From NCBI GenBank assembly GCA_963711515.1, contig CAVQEL010000052.1:53235-117234 (forward strand): 64,000 nt of DNA, written 5' to 3'. The notes beneath the pieces are model-generated. The model worked only from the letters and a program-made list of their open reading frames with translations, did no database searches and was not told the DNA's origin. This document shows, piece by piece, positions 21,604 to 32,187 of this stretch. Position numbers and translations under genes: made by a program. Position 1 is the stretch's first letter, and every line of letters starts with the position of its first letter. Source of the DNA: an uncultured Planctomycetota bacterium (lineage in GTDB: Bacteria; Planctomycetota; Planctomycetia; Pirellulales; PALSA-1355).

Positions 21604-22888
21604 TTGAAAGACATTCTTGCCGAATTGAGCTGGCGCGGGCTCGATTCATCAGTCGACCGACGAAGCCAATCTGCAAAACTGGCTGAACGCCGCCGGCCGC
21701 ACGCTGTACGCCGGCTTCGATCCCACGGCCGATAGCCTGCACGTCGGCAGCCTGATGCCGCTTTTGATCCTCCGCCGCTTTCAGCGCGCCGGACACCGCC
21801 CAATCGCGCTAGCCGGCGGCGCCACCGGCATGATCGGCGATCCCAGCGGCAAGAGTGAAGAGCGCAACCTGCTCGACGTCGACACACTGACGCGCCAACC
21901 TGGCCGGCATCGAGGGTCAGATGCGGATGCTGCTCGACTTCGACGGGCCGCAGGCGGCGCGGGTGGTCAACAACTTCGACTGGATGAGCCGCTTCAGCTA
22001 TCTCGATTTTCTGCGCGACATCGGCAAGAACTTTCCCATCAACGTGATGCTAGCCAAGGACTCGGTCAAAAGCCGCCTGGAACGCACGGCGACGCAGGCA
22101 TGAGTTACACCGAGTTCAGCTACATGCTGCTGCAAGCCTACGATTTCGTCCATCTGCACACCGAGTACGGCTGCGAATTGCAACTCGGCGCCAGCGACCA
22201 GTGGGGTAACATCACGGCCGGCATCGACCTGGCCCGGCGCATGAAAGGCGTGCAGCTCTACGGGCTCACCTGCCCGCTGTTGACCAAGAGCGACGGCACG
22301 AAGATGGGCAAGACCGAAAGCGGCACCGTCTGGTTGTCGCCCACCCGCACGAGCCCGTACGCTTTCTATCAATACTGGATCAACGTCGAGGATACGGACG
22401 CCGGCAAGTGTCTGCGCTTTCTGACAGAACTGGACCGCGCAGAAATCGAAACTCTCGACGCGGCCCGGGCCGGCGACCCCGGCCGGCGCGAGAGCCAGCG
22501 CCGACTGGCCGAGGAGCTGACGCGGATGATCCACGGCTCCGCGGGGCTCGACACCGCCCAGCGGGCCACGGAGATCTTCTTCGGCGCCGAGATCAGCGAG
22601 CTTTCCGACGAACAACTGGTCGAGATCTTTGCCGACGTGCCCAGTCAGGAGTTGTCGAAGTCGCGGCTCGCCGGCGAGGGCCTGTCGATCGTCGACGCAT
22701 TGGTCGAAGCCGGCCTGGCCAAGTCCAAAGGGGACGCCCGCCGCACGGTCGAGCAGGGCGGAGCGTACGTCAACAATCGCCGCACCGGCGGGCTCGACAG
22801 CCGGCTCGGGGTCGGCGACCTGGCCAGCCAGACCGTCATGGTCCTCCGCAGCGGCAAAAAGAAATACGCTCTGCTGAGATTTCGCTAA
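21604..22888 (+). CDS. tyrS: Tyrosine--tRNA ligase; three apparent 1-nt indels (~21643, ~21896, ~22088)
   Basis: TTG 21604. The pieces LKDILAELSWRGL / IHQSTDEANLQNWL..YAGFDPTADSLHVGSL (HIGH-type) / ..LAGIEGQMRMLLDFDG..NVMLAKDSVKSRLER / GMSYTEFSYMLLQAYDF..KMGKTE (KMSKS-type) lie in three frames. A C-terminal S4 domain is present. Confidence 0.9.
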
Positions 22889-23274
22889 CGGTGCTTCGCC
22901 CGCTGCGACTGGTCCCGCCACAGCGCTCCCCGCGCCGCGATCGCGATGGCCGCGAACAACAGCGAGCTGAAAACGATCGCCGCCGCCAGCATTACCGGGA
23001 AATTATCCCGCAACAGCACCAACGTGGGTGGCTCCTCGCTGGTGGGCGGCCGCCGCCGCACGGGCAAGTCGGTCCGCTGGTTGGGCTCCGCTTCGCGCCA
23101 CTCTTGCCACTCGGCGCGGGCCTCGGGCGTGTCCATCGTTTCCAGCGCAACGCTGCGCAATTGCAGCATCCCGACGACCACCACCACCAGCAGGATCAGG
23201 TAGGCCAGCAGCCAGAGCCACCGGCTCTTGCGACGCCACGCGCTCACAGGGTCATCGGCTCGTGGCGCAGTCAT
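22885..23274 (-). CDS. Small two-TM membrane protein (hypothetical)
   Basis: 129-aa ORF. Its ATG overlaps the stop of the upstream amidohydrolase (ATGA at 23271-23274). It has two hydrophobic spans. Confidence 0.5.
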   Translation of the reverse strand: MTAPRADDPVSAWRRKSRWLWLLAYLILLVVVVVGMLQLRSVALETMDTPEARAEWQEWREAEPNQRTDLPVRRRPPTSEEPPTLVLLRDNFPVMLAAAIVFSSLLFAAIAIAARGALWRDQSQRAKHR

Positions 23275-24575
23275 TGCTTCGGCGGCAACAGGTCCACGAC
23301 GGCCGTGGCCATGGCCGTGACACCGGTCTCGAGGGTCGGTTCGGGGTCGGGATAGTAGATGGCCGAATGGAGCGACGGCGGTTCACCAACGCGGCGATAG
23401 CCGGCCAGTCGCTTGGCGTCGACCGAGCCCAGGCGGAACATGAAGATCGGCACGCCGGCCCGGCCGTAGCGGCTGAAATCTTCGCCCCCCATGGACGGCT
23501 CCGAGAGGACCAGGTTGTTTTCGCCAACCGCCCGCCGCAGCGACGGCAGGACACGCTCGACGAGCTCCTCGTCGTTGAACAAGGCCGGCGTCATTTCCTG
23601 TTCGAGGACTTCGACCGTCGGCTCGGGCGCCCCGGCGCCGGCCGCCACGGCTTCGGCCTTGCGGCGGATGCCGTCCAGCAGTTTGCGACGGACCTCGTCG
23701 GTGTAGCTGCGCACGGTGAGCTGCAAGTGGCACGCGTCGGGAATCACGTTGTGCTTCGTACCGCCATGGATCGAACCGACGGTCACGACGCCGGACGCCA
23801 CCGGATCGATTTCGCGGCTGACCAGCGTTTGCAGCGAGAGGACCAACTCCGCGGCCTGCACGATCGGATCGATCGTCGTGTGCGGCGCCGCGCCGTGCCC
23901 GCCGCGGCCGTGCATCGTGACGTCGACGCTGTCGACGTTGGCCAGCGTATAACCGGGCCGGTAACCGATCTTGCCGGCTTCCAACGTGGCGTCGACGTGC
24001 AGCGCCAGCGCCATGTCCGGCTTGGGAAATCGCTCGAACAATCCGTCGGCCAGCATGCGGCGCCACCCCTCGCCCCGTTCCTCGGCCGGCTGCCCGATAA
24101 ACATCACCGTGCCCGACCAGTCCTGCTTGTGGCTGGCCAGATACCGGGCCACGCCGATCAGGTTCGTTATGTGAATGTCGTGGCCGCAGGCGTGCATCAC
24201 GCCGGTGGTCGTGCCGTCGGTGTTCTTCACCTTCACCGTCGAGCTGTACGCCAGGTGGGTATTCTCCGTTACCGGCAGCGCGTCGAGATCGGTCCGCAAC
24301 ATCAACGTGGGGCCGGGGCCGTTCTTCAGAATGCCGACGACTCCGTGGCCGCCGATGCCCGTGTGCACTTCGGCTCCGGCCTGTTTGAGAAAATCGGCCA
24401 GCTTGGCGGCGGTCGTTTCTTCCTGGAGCGACAGCTCGGGCGTGCGATGAAAGTCGCGATAAATCTTCAACAGATCGGGTAAATGCGATTTCGTCCAGTC
24501 GGCCGGCGACTCAGCGCGCGCCTGCGAAAACGACGCCGCGATCAACAGCAGGGCCAGGGAGAATCGACGGGGCAT
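23271..24575 (-). CDS. M20D-family amidohydrolase (hippurate hydrolase/aminoacylase-like), secreted
   Basis: ATG 24575 gives the signal peptide MPRRFSLALLLIAASFSQARA. Motifs MHACGHD, GQPAEE, GGHGAAPH and SIHGG. Confidence 0.85.
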   Translation of the reverse strand: MPRRFSLALLLIAASFSQARAESPADWTKSHLPDLLKIYRDFHRTPELSLQEETTAAKLADFLKQAGAEVHTGIGGHGVVGILKNGPGPTLMLRTDLDALPVTENTHLAYSSTVKVKNTDGTTTGVMHACGHDIHITNLIGVARYLASHKQDWSGTVMFIGQPAEERGEGWRRMLADGLFERFPKPDMALALHVDATLEAGKIGYRPGYTLANVDSVDVTMHGRGGHGAAPHTTIDPIVQAAELVLSLQTLVSREIDPVASGVVTVGSIHGGTKHNVIPDACHLQLTVRSYTDEVRRKLLDGIRRKAEAVAAGAGAPEPTVEVLEQEMTPALFNDEELVERVLPSLRRAVGENNLVLSEPSMGGEDFSRYGRAGVPIFMFRLGSVDAKRLAGYRRVGEPPSLHSAIYYPDPEPTLETGVTAMATAVVDLLPPKQ

Positions 24576-24681
24576 GGAATGGCTCCTCGCGGTCGTGAGC
24601 AAATCGGAACGCGCGGCGGCGCGCCGCACGCTGCCCGTATTTTAGCTTCTCGGGCACCCCGGCTGCAGCCAAGCGCCGAAT

Positions 24682-25311
24682 TTACAGCGAATTCAACACC
24701 AACGGCCGCCACTGACCAGGAGGCTCAATTGCTGAAGCAGCATTTCGGCCGCGCAGGGCGCGGTGGCTCAACACGCGTTTGACCGCCTCGCCCAGCTCGC
24801 CGAACGTGCGATGGTACTCGACGACTTCGAACAGCGGGTCGTATCCGAAACCGGCCGTGCCCGCCGGCTCGAGCCGAATCCGGCCTTGGCATCGTCCGCT
24901 GCACTCCGCGGCAATCGTGCCCGCGGGATCCGACAGCGCCAGACTGCACACGTAATACGCGGTGCGGCGCTCCAGCGGCGTCCCCTCCAACTCGGCCAGC
25001 AGCCGTGCGTTGTTGTCCTCGTCGGTGGCGCCGGGCCCCGCATACCGGGCGGAAAAGATTCCCGGACCGCCTGCCAACGCGTCGACCGCCAGGCCGCTGT
25101 CTTCGCCCAACACCCAGGCTTTCAGATGCCGGGCTTGAGCGGTTGCCTTCAGTGCCGCGTTCGCTTCGAACGAATCGCCGGTCTCTTCGACCTCCAGCGG
25201 CGTTGGAAAATCCGCCAGCGACTGGATCTCCAGTCCGGCCGGCGTTAGCAGCTCGACCAGCTCGCGGACTTTGCCGCGATTGTGGGTGCCTAAAACCAAC
25301 GTCGGCGGCAT
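24682..25311 (-). CDS. rdgB: RdgB/HAM1 non-canonical purine NTP pyrophosphatase
   Basis: ATG 25311. Motifs LGTHNRGKVRE, EETGDSFEANA, EDSGL.VDAL.G.PG..SARY, GFGYDP.F and SHR. Confidence 0.85.
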   Translation of the reverse strand: MPPTLVLGTHNRGKVRELVELLTPAGLEIQSLADFPTPLEVEETGDSFEANAALKATAQARHLKAWVLGEDSGLAVDALAGGPGIFSARYAGPGATDEDNNARLLAELEGTPLERRTAYYVCSLALSDPAGTIAAECSGRCQGRIRLEPAGTAGFGYDPLFEVVEYHRTFGELGEAVKRVLSHRALRGRNAASAIEPPGQWRPLVLNSL

Positions 25312-25433
25312 GGCAAGCCTCGAGGACGCGTCGTCGATTCGCGTGAAACGGCGCATCGTAGTCGGCCAAGTGCCGGGCGGTCAAACGGCGGACCACCCAG
25401 GAACGGTAGCCCACCGATGGCTTGGTAAGTCGA

Positions 25434-26570
25434 TTACCGGGCGTCGACGGTTCGCTCGTAGGCGTTGCTGATTCCGAACCGCGGGATTTCAACGGGCATC
25501 GGTTGCACGTCGAAGGGGATGCCGGCCAGCTCCTTCTGCCGGCCGACTTCCGGCAGTTCGCCCGGCTCGATCGTGGTTCGCGCGCCAAACGTGCGCATGA
25601 TGGCGTGAATGCCGGGATTGATTTCGATCTTGCCGTCGGGCCGTTTGCTGCCCACGGCGGCGAACGATCCGACGGTGACGATGCTCGATCCCCGATCGTG
25701 AAATTCGTAGGCCTCGTAGCCCTTTTTGCGCAAGGCTTCGGTCAGCAGGTGGGCGTTCTTGGCGGCGTCTTCCAGCTTGCTCGGCGGCAACTCGCCCCGA
25801 TCGATCTGGTCCTGACGCTTTTGGTCGATGATAAACGAGCGGCCGGTGAACGTCGCCACCTTGACGGTGTACGGTTGGGGACAGTCGAGCAGGCTGTGCT
25901 CCACGCCGCTGTTCATTTCCAGCACCAGCTTGTCGACGCCCTTCGGTACAAAATACTCCGGCGGCAGAATGGGGTTGGTGACGACGAACGCGTTGGCCAT
26001 CGGTCCGCGGTCTGCCGCGTCATCGTTTTTAAACAATGCCTGCTTCGCCTTCTTTTGCAGCATCCGGTAGGCGGCCAACGCCTGGTGTGACTCCTGCGGA
26101 GCGACTTCCAGGGTTTCTGGACGAATGTGCTTGATCTTCTTCAGCACCTTCTGCATTTCGGGATCGTCGACGCTGGGAAAATCTCCCACGAGTACGGCGG
26201 TCTCCACCACGTCGCCGTCACGCTGGTAACGCATCAGCATGGGCTCGCCCTGCGGCGTGAGCCCCTTGCCCCGCACCGGCTTCGAGTAGTCAAACGTGCG
26301 GCGATACGAATAGGCCGGCACCTTGTATTCCTTGCGCAGCTCGTAGATCAACCGCCGGGCCTGCTGCTCCGCACCCTCGCCGGAGAAAGTGGCTGCCATG
26401 ATCATCCAGGGGCCGTTGCCGTCGGTAATGGGGTACAGCTCGTTCGGATCGGCTGCCAGGTGTTTGAACACGACGAGCTTGGCCCACGGCGGTGCCGCCG
26501 GCACCACGCGCGGCGACAGCAGACCGACGAGCGCGACAATTGCCAACCACGCAAACTTTCTACCGGGCAT
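25434..26570 (-). CDS. Secreted hypothetical protein
   Basis: ATG 26570 gives the signal peptide MPGRKFAWLAIVALVGLLSPRVVPA. Intact protein-like ORF; no family recognised. Confidence 0.6.
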   Translation of the reverse strand: MPGRKFAWLAIVALVGLLSPRVVPAAPPWAKLVVFKHLAADPNELYPITDGNGPWMIMAATFSGEGAEQQARRLIYELRKEYKVPAYSYRRTFDYSKPVRGKGLTPQGEPMLMRYQRDGDVVETAVLVGDFPSVDDPEMQKVLKKIKHIRPETLEVAPQESHQALAAYRMLQKKAKQALFKNDDAADRGPMANAFVVTNPILPPEYFVPKGVDKLVLEMNSGVEHSLLDCPQPYTVKVATFTGRSFIIDQKRQDQIDRGELPPSKLEDAAKNAHLLTEALRKKGYEAYEFHDRGSSIVTVGSFAAVGSKRPDGKIEINPGIHAIMRTFGARTTIEPGELPEVGRQKELAGIPFDVQPMPVEIPRFGISNAYERTVDAR

Positions 26571-26831
26571 GACCGACTCCCTGGCCAGCGGCACGCGCGC
26601 GAGGCGTCCCGCCGGCGCGCCTTCACAATTGATATGGTCGAATACCGAAGTGCAACGAACGACAGTTCGAACTCAGATGATTCTCGAACCGTCCAGATGT
26701 GAGGGGCGAAGTGTAGCGAAGCCCGCCCGCCGTTTCCAGAGGGGATTGCCGCACGCAATTAACCTGGTGCTAGCATGGCGGCTCGATGACGGCCCGACGG
26801 CCTCTGGGCCGCTAGCGGTTTAGCGAACCTG

Positions 26832-28103
26832 TCAACGCGGCAAACCGTGAATACGTCCCTCCGCGAGCGGGCCGGCCGTCACCTTGACCAGCCGCCCCAC
26901 CGCCTCGCATCCACCGGCCAGTTCGACCGGAGCGTACCGGCAGGCCGTCCCCACCACCCGACCCGGCTGCTCGCCGGTTGCTTCCACCAGCACGTCCAGC
27001 TCCCGGCCCGCAAGGCTCTCGAAATATCGCTTCCGCAAGCGTGCCTCGAGCGTGCTGAGCTCGCCACAGCGGTGGGCCTTCACGTCCGGCGGCGTCTGAT
27101 CCGGCATCTCGGCCGCCGGCGTGCCGCGGCGTGCACTGAACGGAAAGACGTGGATCTTGGAAAAGCCCGCCGCCTCGCACGCCGCGAGCGTCGCGGCAAA
27201 GTCGTTGTCCGTTTCGCCCGGAAAGCCCACGATCACGTCGGTCGTCAGCGCCGGCCGATCGAGCGCCTCGCGCACCAGCCGGCAGCGATCGAGATAGCGC
27301 TGGCTGCCCCAGCGGCGCCGCATCCGCCGCAGCACGCGGTCCGATCCGCTTTGCATCGAAATGTGCAAATGGGGACAAATCCGTCCGGGATTCGCCGCCA
27401 GCACGCCGACGAGTTCGCGGGTGACTTCCGTGGCCTCGATGCTGCTCAGCCGCAGGCGAAACTCGCCCGGCAACGCGACCAGCCGCTCAAGCAAATGCGA
27501 CAGTCGAAACCAATCGCGCTTGGCCCGGCCGCGGCTCCATTCCACGCCGTAATGACCAAGATGAATGCCGGTCAGCACGATTTCGCGGTAGCCCCCCTCG
27601 ACGAGCCGGCTGATTTCGTCGACGACGTGCTCCGGCGGCCGGCTGCTGGGATGCGGGCGCACGGCCGGGATGATGCAAAAGCTGCATCGCAGCAAGCAAC
27701 CGTCCTGAATCTTGACGTACGCTCGTTGCCGGCTGCCGAACGTCGAGATGCCGGTGGGCACGTCGGTCACGCCCCAGCGGCCGAGCCAATCGGGCAGTTC
27801 GCGCTTGTCAGTGATCACCTCGACGACACTCGGCAAGGTGGCCACTTCCGCGGGAGCGCGGGTGGCGTAGCAGCCCATCACGACGATCCGCGTGCCGGGA
27901 TTCCGCCGGGCCAGTTGCCGAATGGCCTGCCGGCTTTTCGAGTCCCCCTCGGCGGTCACGGTGCACGTGTTGACGACGCACAGTTCGGCCGCTTCGTCGT
28001 CGCCGGCGTCGCGATAGCCGGCCGTGGCGAGCGATTGGCGCACCAGCTCGGTCTCGTACTGGTTGACCTTGCAGCCCAGCGTCACCGTGCGCAGCGTCGT
28101 CAT
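26832..28103 (-). CDS. mtaB: tRNA (t6A37) methylthiotransferase, radical SAM (MtaB type)
   Basis: Intact 423-aa ORF. UPF0004 N-terminal domain (TLGCKVNQYE, NTCTVT), radical SAM CLLRCSFC cluster and a TRAM-like C-terminus. Confidence 0.85.
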   Translation of the reverse strand: MTTLRTVTLGCKVNQYETELVRQSLATAGYRDAGDDEAAELCVVNTCTVTAEGDSKSRQAIRQLARRNPGTRIVVMGCYATRAPAEVATLPSVVEVITDKRELPDWLGRWGVTDVPTGISTFGSRQRAYVKIQDGCLLRCSFCIIPAVRPHPSSRPPEHVVDEISRLVEGGYREIVLTGIHLGHYGVEWSRGRAKRDWFRLSHLLERLVALPGEFRLRLSSIEATEVTRELVGVLAANPGRICPHLHISMQSGSDRVLRRMRRRWGSQRYLDRCRLVREALDRPALTTDVIVGFPGETDNDFAATLAACEAAGFSKIHVFPFSARRGTPAAEMPDQTPPDVKAHRCGELSTLEARLRKRYFESLAGRELDVLVEATGEQPGRVVGTACRYAPVELAGGCEAVGRLVKVTAGPLAEGRIHGLPR

Positions 28104-28191
28104 TGGGAAAAGCCGTATTCGAGAATCGAAGCCCAGCCGCTCAGCCTAAGAAGTCCGGCGGCGGATGGCAACCGTCAAGCGAGCCGCGCGG

Positions 28192-28578
28192 CTATTCCGG
28201 CACTGGCTCGATGCTGGCTGACATCGAGCCCTGACAGGTTTCGATGTCGCGGTCTTTGCCGAAGGCGTGGATCTGATCGCGCTTCAGCTCGGCGTGCTCC
28301 TTGGTGGTGGTGAGCACGATGGCCCGGCCTTGGGTGTCAACCTGCTGGGCGATTTGCACGCCGCGGGGCGCCGGATAGCCGAACAGTTTTTGCATCATGG
28401 CCACGACGTACTCGGGCGTATGTTCCTGGTCGTCCCACAGGATGACGTTGTAGCGTGGCTGGTGCTTCGGCTTCTTGTCTTGCTTCGTGCGCTCTTTGAG
28501 CACGGTTTGTTCGGCGGGTTCCGCAACGCCGCCGCTGGACTGCTCTGCCACGAGAACACCTCGCTGAAATCTCGCCAA
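28192..28578 (-). CDS. clpS: ATP-dependent Clp protease adaptor ClpS (start may be the internal GTG)
   Basis: The core YNVILWDDQEHTPEYVVAMMQKLFGY..A......VDTQGRAIV...KEHAELK matches the ClpS fold signature. Confidence 0.85.
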   Translation of the reverse strand: MARFQRGVLVAEQSSGGVAEPAEQTVLKERTKQDKKPKHQPRYNVILWDDQEHTPEYVVAMMQKLFGYPAPRGVQIAQQVDTQGRAIVLTTTKEHAELKRDQIHAFGKDRDIETCQGSMSASIEPVPE

Positions 28579-28706
28579 ACGAATGGCCGAATCGGCTCAG
28601 AGCCATTATATTGCAGGCCCGGTAAGGTGGCGAGCCGAGCCCTCGCGGGCGGCAGGCCTTCTGGACGCGACCAGCTTCATCGACAGCAAGCGGAAAGGCG
28701 GCGGGG

Positions 28707-30114
28707 ATGAACGCCCTGGACGACTACCTGACCGAGCATCACGATCGCTTCGAGCGCGAGCTGTGCGAACTGTTGCGCATTCCCAGCGTCAGCGCCGATA
28801 GCAGGCATCGCGGCGACGTCCGCCGGGCCGCCGATTGGGTTGCCAACCAGTTTCGCGGGATGAAGCTGGCAGTCGAGGTGGTGCCGACGGCCGGCCATCC
28901 GATCGTGTACGCCGAGTCGCCGCCGGTCGCCTGCGCGCCGGTCGTGCTGGTGTACGGTCATTACGACGTGCAGCCCCCCGATCCGCTCGATGAGTGGAAA
29001 TCGCCCCCGTTCGAGCCGACCGTCCGCGACGGAAATCTCTACGCCCGGGGGGCCACCGACGACAAGGGGCAGATGTTCACCCATCTGAAGAGCACGCAAG
29101 CCTGGATTGACTCCGCCGGCAAGCTGCCCGTGCAACTCAAGTTTGTGATCGAAGGAGAAGAGGAGGTCGGCAGCGCCAATCTGGATTCGTTCATCGCCGC
29201 GAACCGCCAGCGGCTGGCTTGCGACGTGGTCGTGATCAGCGACACCTGCCAGTTCGGGCCCAACCAACCGGCGATTACCTACGGCCTGCGGGGCATTGCC
29301 TACTACGAGTTGCGGCTCAGCGGGCCGAAGCAGGACTTGCACTCCGGCACGTTCGGCGGCGCCGTGGCCAACCCGGCCAACGTGCTGGTGAAAATGCTCG
29401 CGGCGCTGGTGAACGAGCGGGGAGAGATCCAGGTGCCGGGCTTCTACAACGACGTCCAGCCGCTCACGCCGCGCGAGCGGCAACAGTTCGCCGCCCTGCC
29501 GTTCGACGAGCGGCAGTTCATGCGCACAGATCGGCGTTACGGTACTGCGCGGCGAAGAGGGCTATACGACGCTCGAGCGCCGCTGGGCTCGCCCCACGTG
29601 CGACATCAATGGCCTGTGGAGCGGCTACCAGGGCGAGGGAGCCAAGACGGTGCTGCCGGCCCGGGCCGGCGGCAAGTTCAGCTTCCGGCTGGTACCGCAC
29701 CAGGATCCGAAGAAGATTTCCGCGGCGCTCGAAAAGTGGTTGCGCCAGTTGTGCCCCCCGGGCATCCAGATGGAGTTAATCGACTTTCACGGCGCGCCGG
29801 GCGTGGTCGTGCCGCTGGAGAGTCCCTTCGTGACGGCGGCCCAGCAGGCGATCGAGGAGGGATTCGGCCGCGCGCCGGTCTTCATGCGCGAAGGAGGATC
29901 AATCCCGGTGGTGGGCACCTTTCACGATCTGCTGGGGGCCGACACCTTGCTGCTCGGCTGGGGCCTGGACGACGACAACACGCATAGCCCCAACGAAAAA
30001 TTCTCGCTGGCCGATTTTCACCGCGGCATCAAGGCCAGCGCTCACTTGTGGCAGCACCTGGGCGCCTTGAAATCGGATGCCAAGAGCAGCGGCGCCAAGA
30101 ACAAGGGTGCCTGA
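28707..30114 (+). CDS. M20-family dipeptidase (ArgE/DapE/CPG2-like); apparent 1-nt insertion at ~29523
   Basis: HYDVQP, RGATDDKGQ and EGEEEVGS motifs in ORF 28707-29987. After ..PFDERQFM the protein-like reading (AQIGVTVLRGEEGYTTLERRWARPTCDINGLWSGY..) is the frame of ORF 29650-30114. Confidence 0.85.
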
Positions 30115-30164
30115 AAAAGTCGCTTACCATCTCCTTTAGCAACTCTAGGGAATCCGCTCGTTCT

Positions 30165-31445
30165 ATGCTCGACCGCAGATTTGTCGCCGAAAACGTCGAA
30201 CTCGTCGAAGAAAACTGCCGCCGCCGCGGCTCGAAGGCCGACGTGCGGGCCTTTGCCGACCTGGAAGCCCGCCGCCGCGCGAAGCAAGGCGAGGTCGAGG
30301 AACTGAACCGCAAGGCCAACGAGGTCAGCAAATCGATCGGCAAGGCGAAGGACGCCGCCGAACGCGAGCGCCTGAAATCCGAAGGCCGGGCCCTGCGCGA
30401 ACAGACGGCCGCGGCGCAGGTGCTGTTGGATCACCTGGCGAGCGAAGCCGACACGATCCTCAAGTCGATCCCCAACCTGTCGCATCCCGACGCCCCGCTG
30501 GGGGCCGACGACCAGGCAAATCTCGAAATCCGCCGCGGCCAGCACGAGCCGCCCAAGTTCGACTTCAAGCCGCTCGATCACGTTGAGCTGGCCGAGAAGC
30601 TCGATTTGCTGGATCTGGACGGCGGGGCCAAGGTCGCGGGGCACGGCTTTTATTTCCTCAAGAACGAGGCCGTGTTGCTGGAACTGGCGTTGCAAAGATA
30701 CGCCCTTGAGCTGCTCATCGCCGAGGGATTCCAGCCGACGATCACCCCCGATCTGGCCCGCAACGAGATCCTGCAAGGCACCGGCTACATTCCGCGTGGT
30801 CCGGAGACGCAGATCTACAGCATCGCCGACACGGATCTGAGCCTGGTAGCCACGGCGGAAATCACGCTGGGGGGGCTCTTATCGGGCGAAATCCTCGATG
30901 CCGATAAGCTGCCCGTCAAGCTATGCGGCATCAGCCACTGCTACCGCACCGAGGCCGGCGCCCACGGCCGCACGACGCGCGGCCTGTACCGGGTGCACCA
31001 ATTCACCAAGGTCGAGATGTTTGCCTTCACGCTGCCGGAGGCCAGCGACGCGATGCTGGACTATTTCTGCGAGCTGGAGTGCCGGCTGTTCGACGGGTTG
31101 GGAATCGCCTATCGCGTGGTGGATACGGCCACCGGTGATCTGGGCGGGCCGGCGTACCGCAAGTTCGATCTGGAAGCCTGGATGCCGGGCCGTGGCGCGT
31201 CGGGCGAATACGGCGAGGTGACCAGCACGTCGAATTGCACCGACTACCAGGCCCGGCGGCTGGGCATCCGCTATCGCACGGGCGAAAAAGGAACGGCTTT
31301 CGTCCACACGCTCAACGGCACGGCCATCGCCGTCAGCCGGGCGCTCGTCGCCATCCTGGAAAACTTTCAACAAGCCGACGGCTCGGTTGTCGTGCCGGCA
31401 GTGCTCGTGCCATGGGTGGGCAAAGACCGCATTGCCGCTCGCTAG
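30165..31445 (+). CDS. serS: Serine--tRNA ligase
   Basis: ATG 30165. N-terminal coiled-coil arm and class II motifs (FYFLKNE, CYRTEAG, RVHQFTKVEMF, TLNGTAIAVSRALVAILEN). Confidence 0.95.
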   Translation: MLDRRFVAENVELVEENCRRRGSKADVRAFADLEARRRAKQGEVEELNRKANEVSKSIGKAKDAAERERLKSEGRALREQTAAAQVLLDHLASEADTILKSIPNLSHPDAPLGADDQANLEIRRGQHEPPKFDFKPLDHVELAEKLDLLDLDGGAKVAGHGFYFLKNEAVLLELALQRYALELLIAEGFQPTITPDLARNEILQGTGYIPRGPETQIYSIADTDLSLVATAEITLGGLLSGEILDADKLPVKLCGISHCYRTEAGAHGRTTRGLYRVHQFTKVEMFAFTLPEASDAMLDYFCELECRLFDGLGIAYRVVDTATGDLGGPAYRKFDLEAWMPGRGASGEYGEVTSTSNCTDYQARRLGIRYRTGEKGTAFVHTLNGTAIAVSRALVAILENFQQADGSVVVPAVLVPWVGKDRIAAR

Positions 31446-31576
31446 CCCGCACTCGCCCGTGGCGAATGGCCGCGGGCACTTGTGCCGTGACGGCTACCGA
31501 CGACCTTGGGCCGAAAAGAGACCATGACAATCGCGCGGCGCACTGGGATGGCACGCCGAGCCGCTCGGCTAACGTG

Positions 31577-31753
31577 TTAGCTCCCCACTGTGTCTAACGA
31601 GTTGGAAAAATTCTGAAACGATGTGCTGGTCTGCGTGCCCAGGATCTGGATGCTTCCCAGGCAGACGGTGATCACCAGGGCCAGCATCACGGCATATTCG
31701 ACGGCCGTGGGGCCGTCCTCCTCGGCCAGAAAGCGCTTTATTTTTAACAGCAT
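31577..31753 (-). CDS. Flp/Fap-family type IVb pilin
   Basis: 58-aa ORF from ATG 31753 with an AGGAG RBS 5 nt upstream. Flp motif ..EEDGPTAVEYAVMLALV.. followed by a hydrophobic helix. Confidence 0.8.
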   Translation of the reverse strand: MLLKIKRFLAEEDGPTAVEYAVMLALVITVCLGSIQILGTQTSTSFQNFSNSLDTVGS

Positions 31754-32187
31754 CGTCTGCTCCTTTGCGTATACGGGTCCGGACCTTCCCGTGCGCGGGC
31801 AGCCCCAGCCCCACGGCGATACGCCCGCGCCGAGGCGACCGCTCGGCGCGACGGACCACCTTACCTTTCGACAACCGGCTACCCCGCGGAGCAATGCCCG
31901 TGGGGCCCTTGGCTTTGCGTCCTGGCCTTACGGCCAGTTTGCCTTTTCGAGGATGGTGGCCAGGAGCACAACAACGGCTGCAAGGCCGCCAAGCTCTCTA
32001 ACAAAATTTGTTGACGTGAACCGTCTGAGGAGGTGACCCGGCCACCGTCGCGATTCGCTGTCCGGTGGACTGATCTGCCACAGGAGAGCCGACCCGGGTC
32101 GGGCTATTGCAAACCTATCTTACTTTTTGGGACTGTCAAATCGGTGGAAGCGGTTTGTTGGTTTGATGGTTTGTACGAGGAATCCGC

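Noticed and set aside
28579-28706. Regulatory element in the clpS / M20 dipeptidase divergent intergenic region
   Set aside because: No repeat, palindrome or conserved-looking motif stood out.
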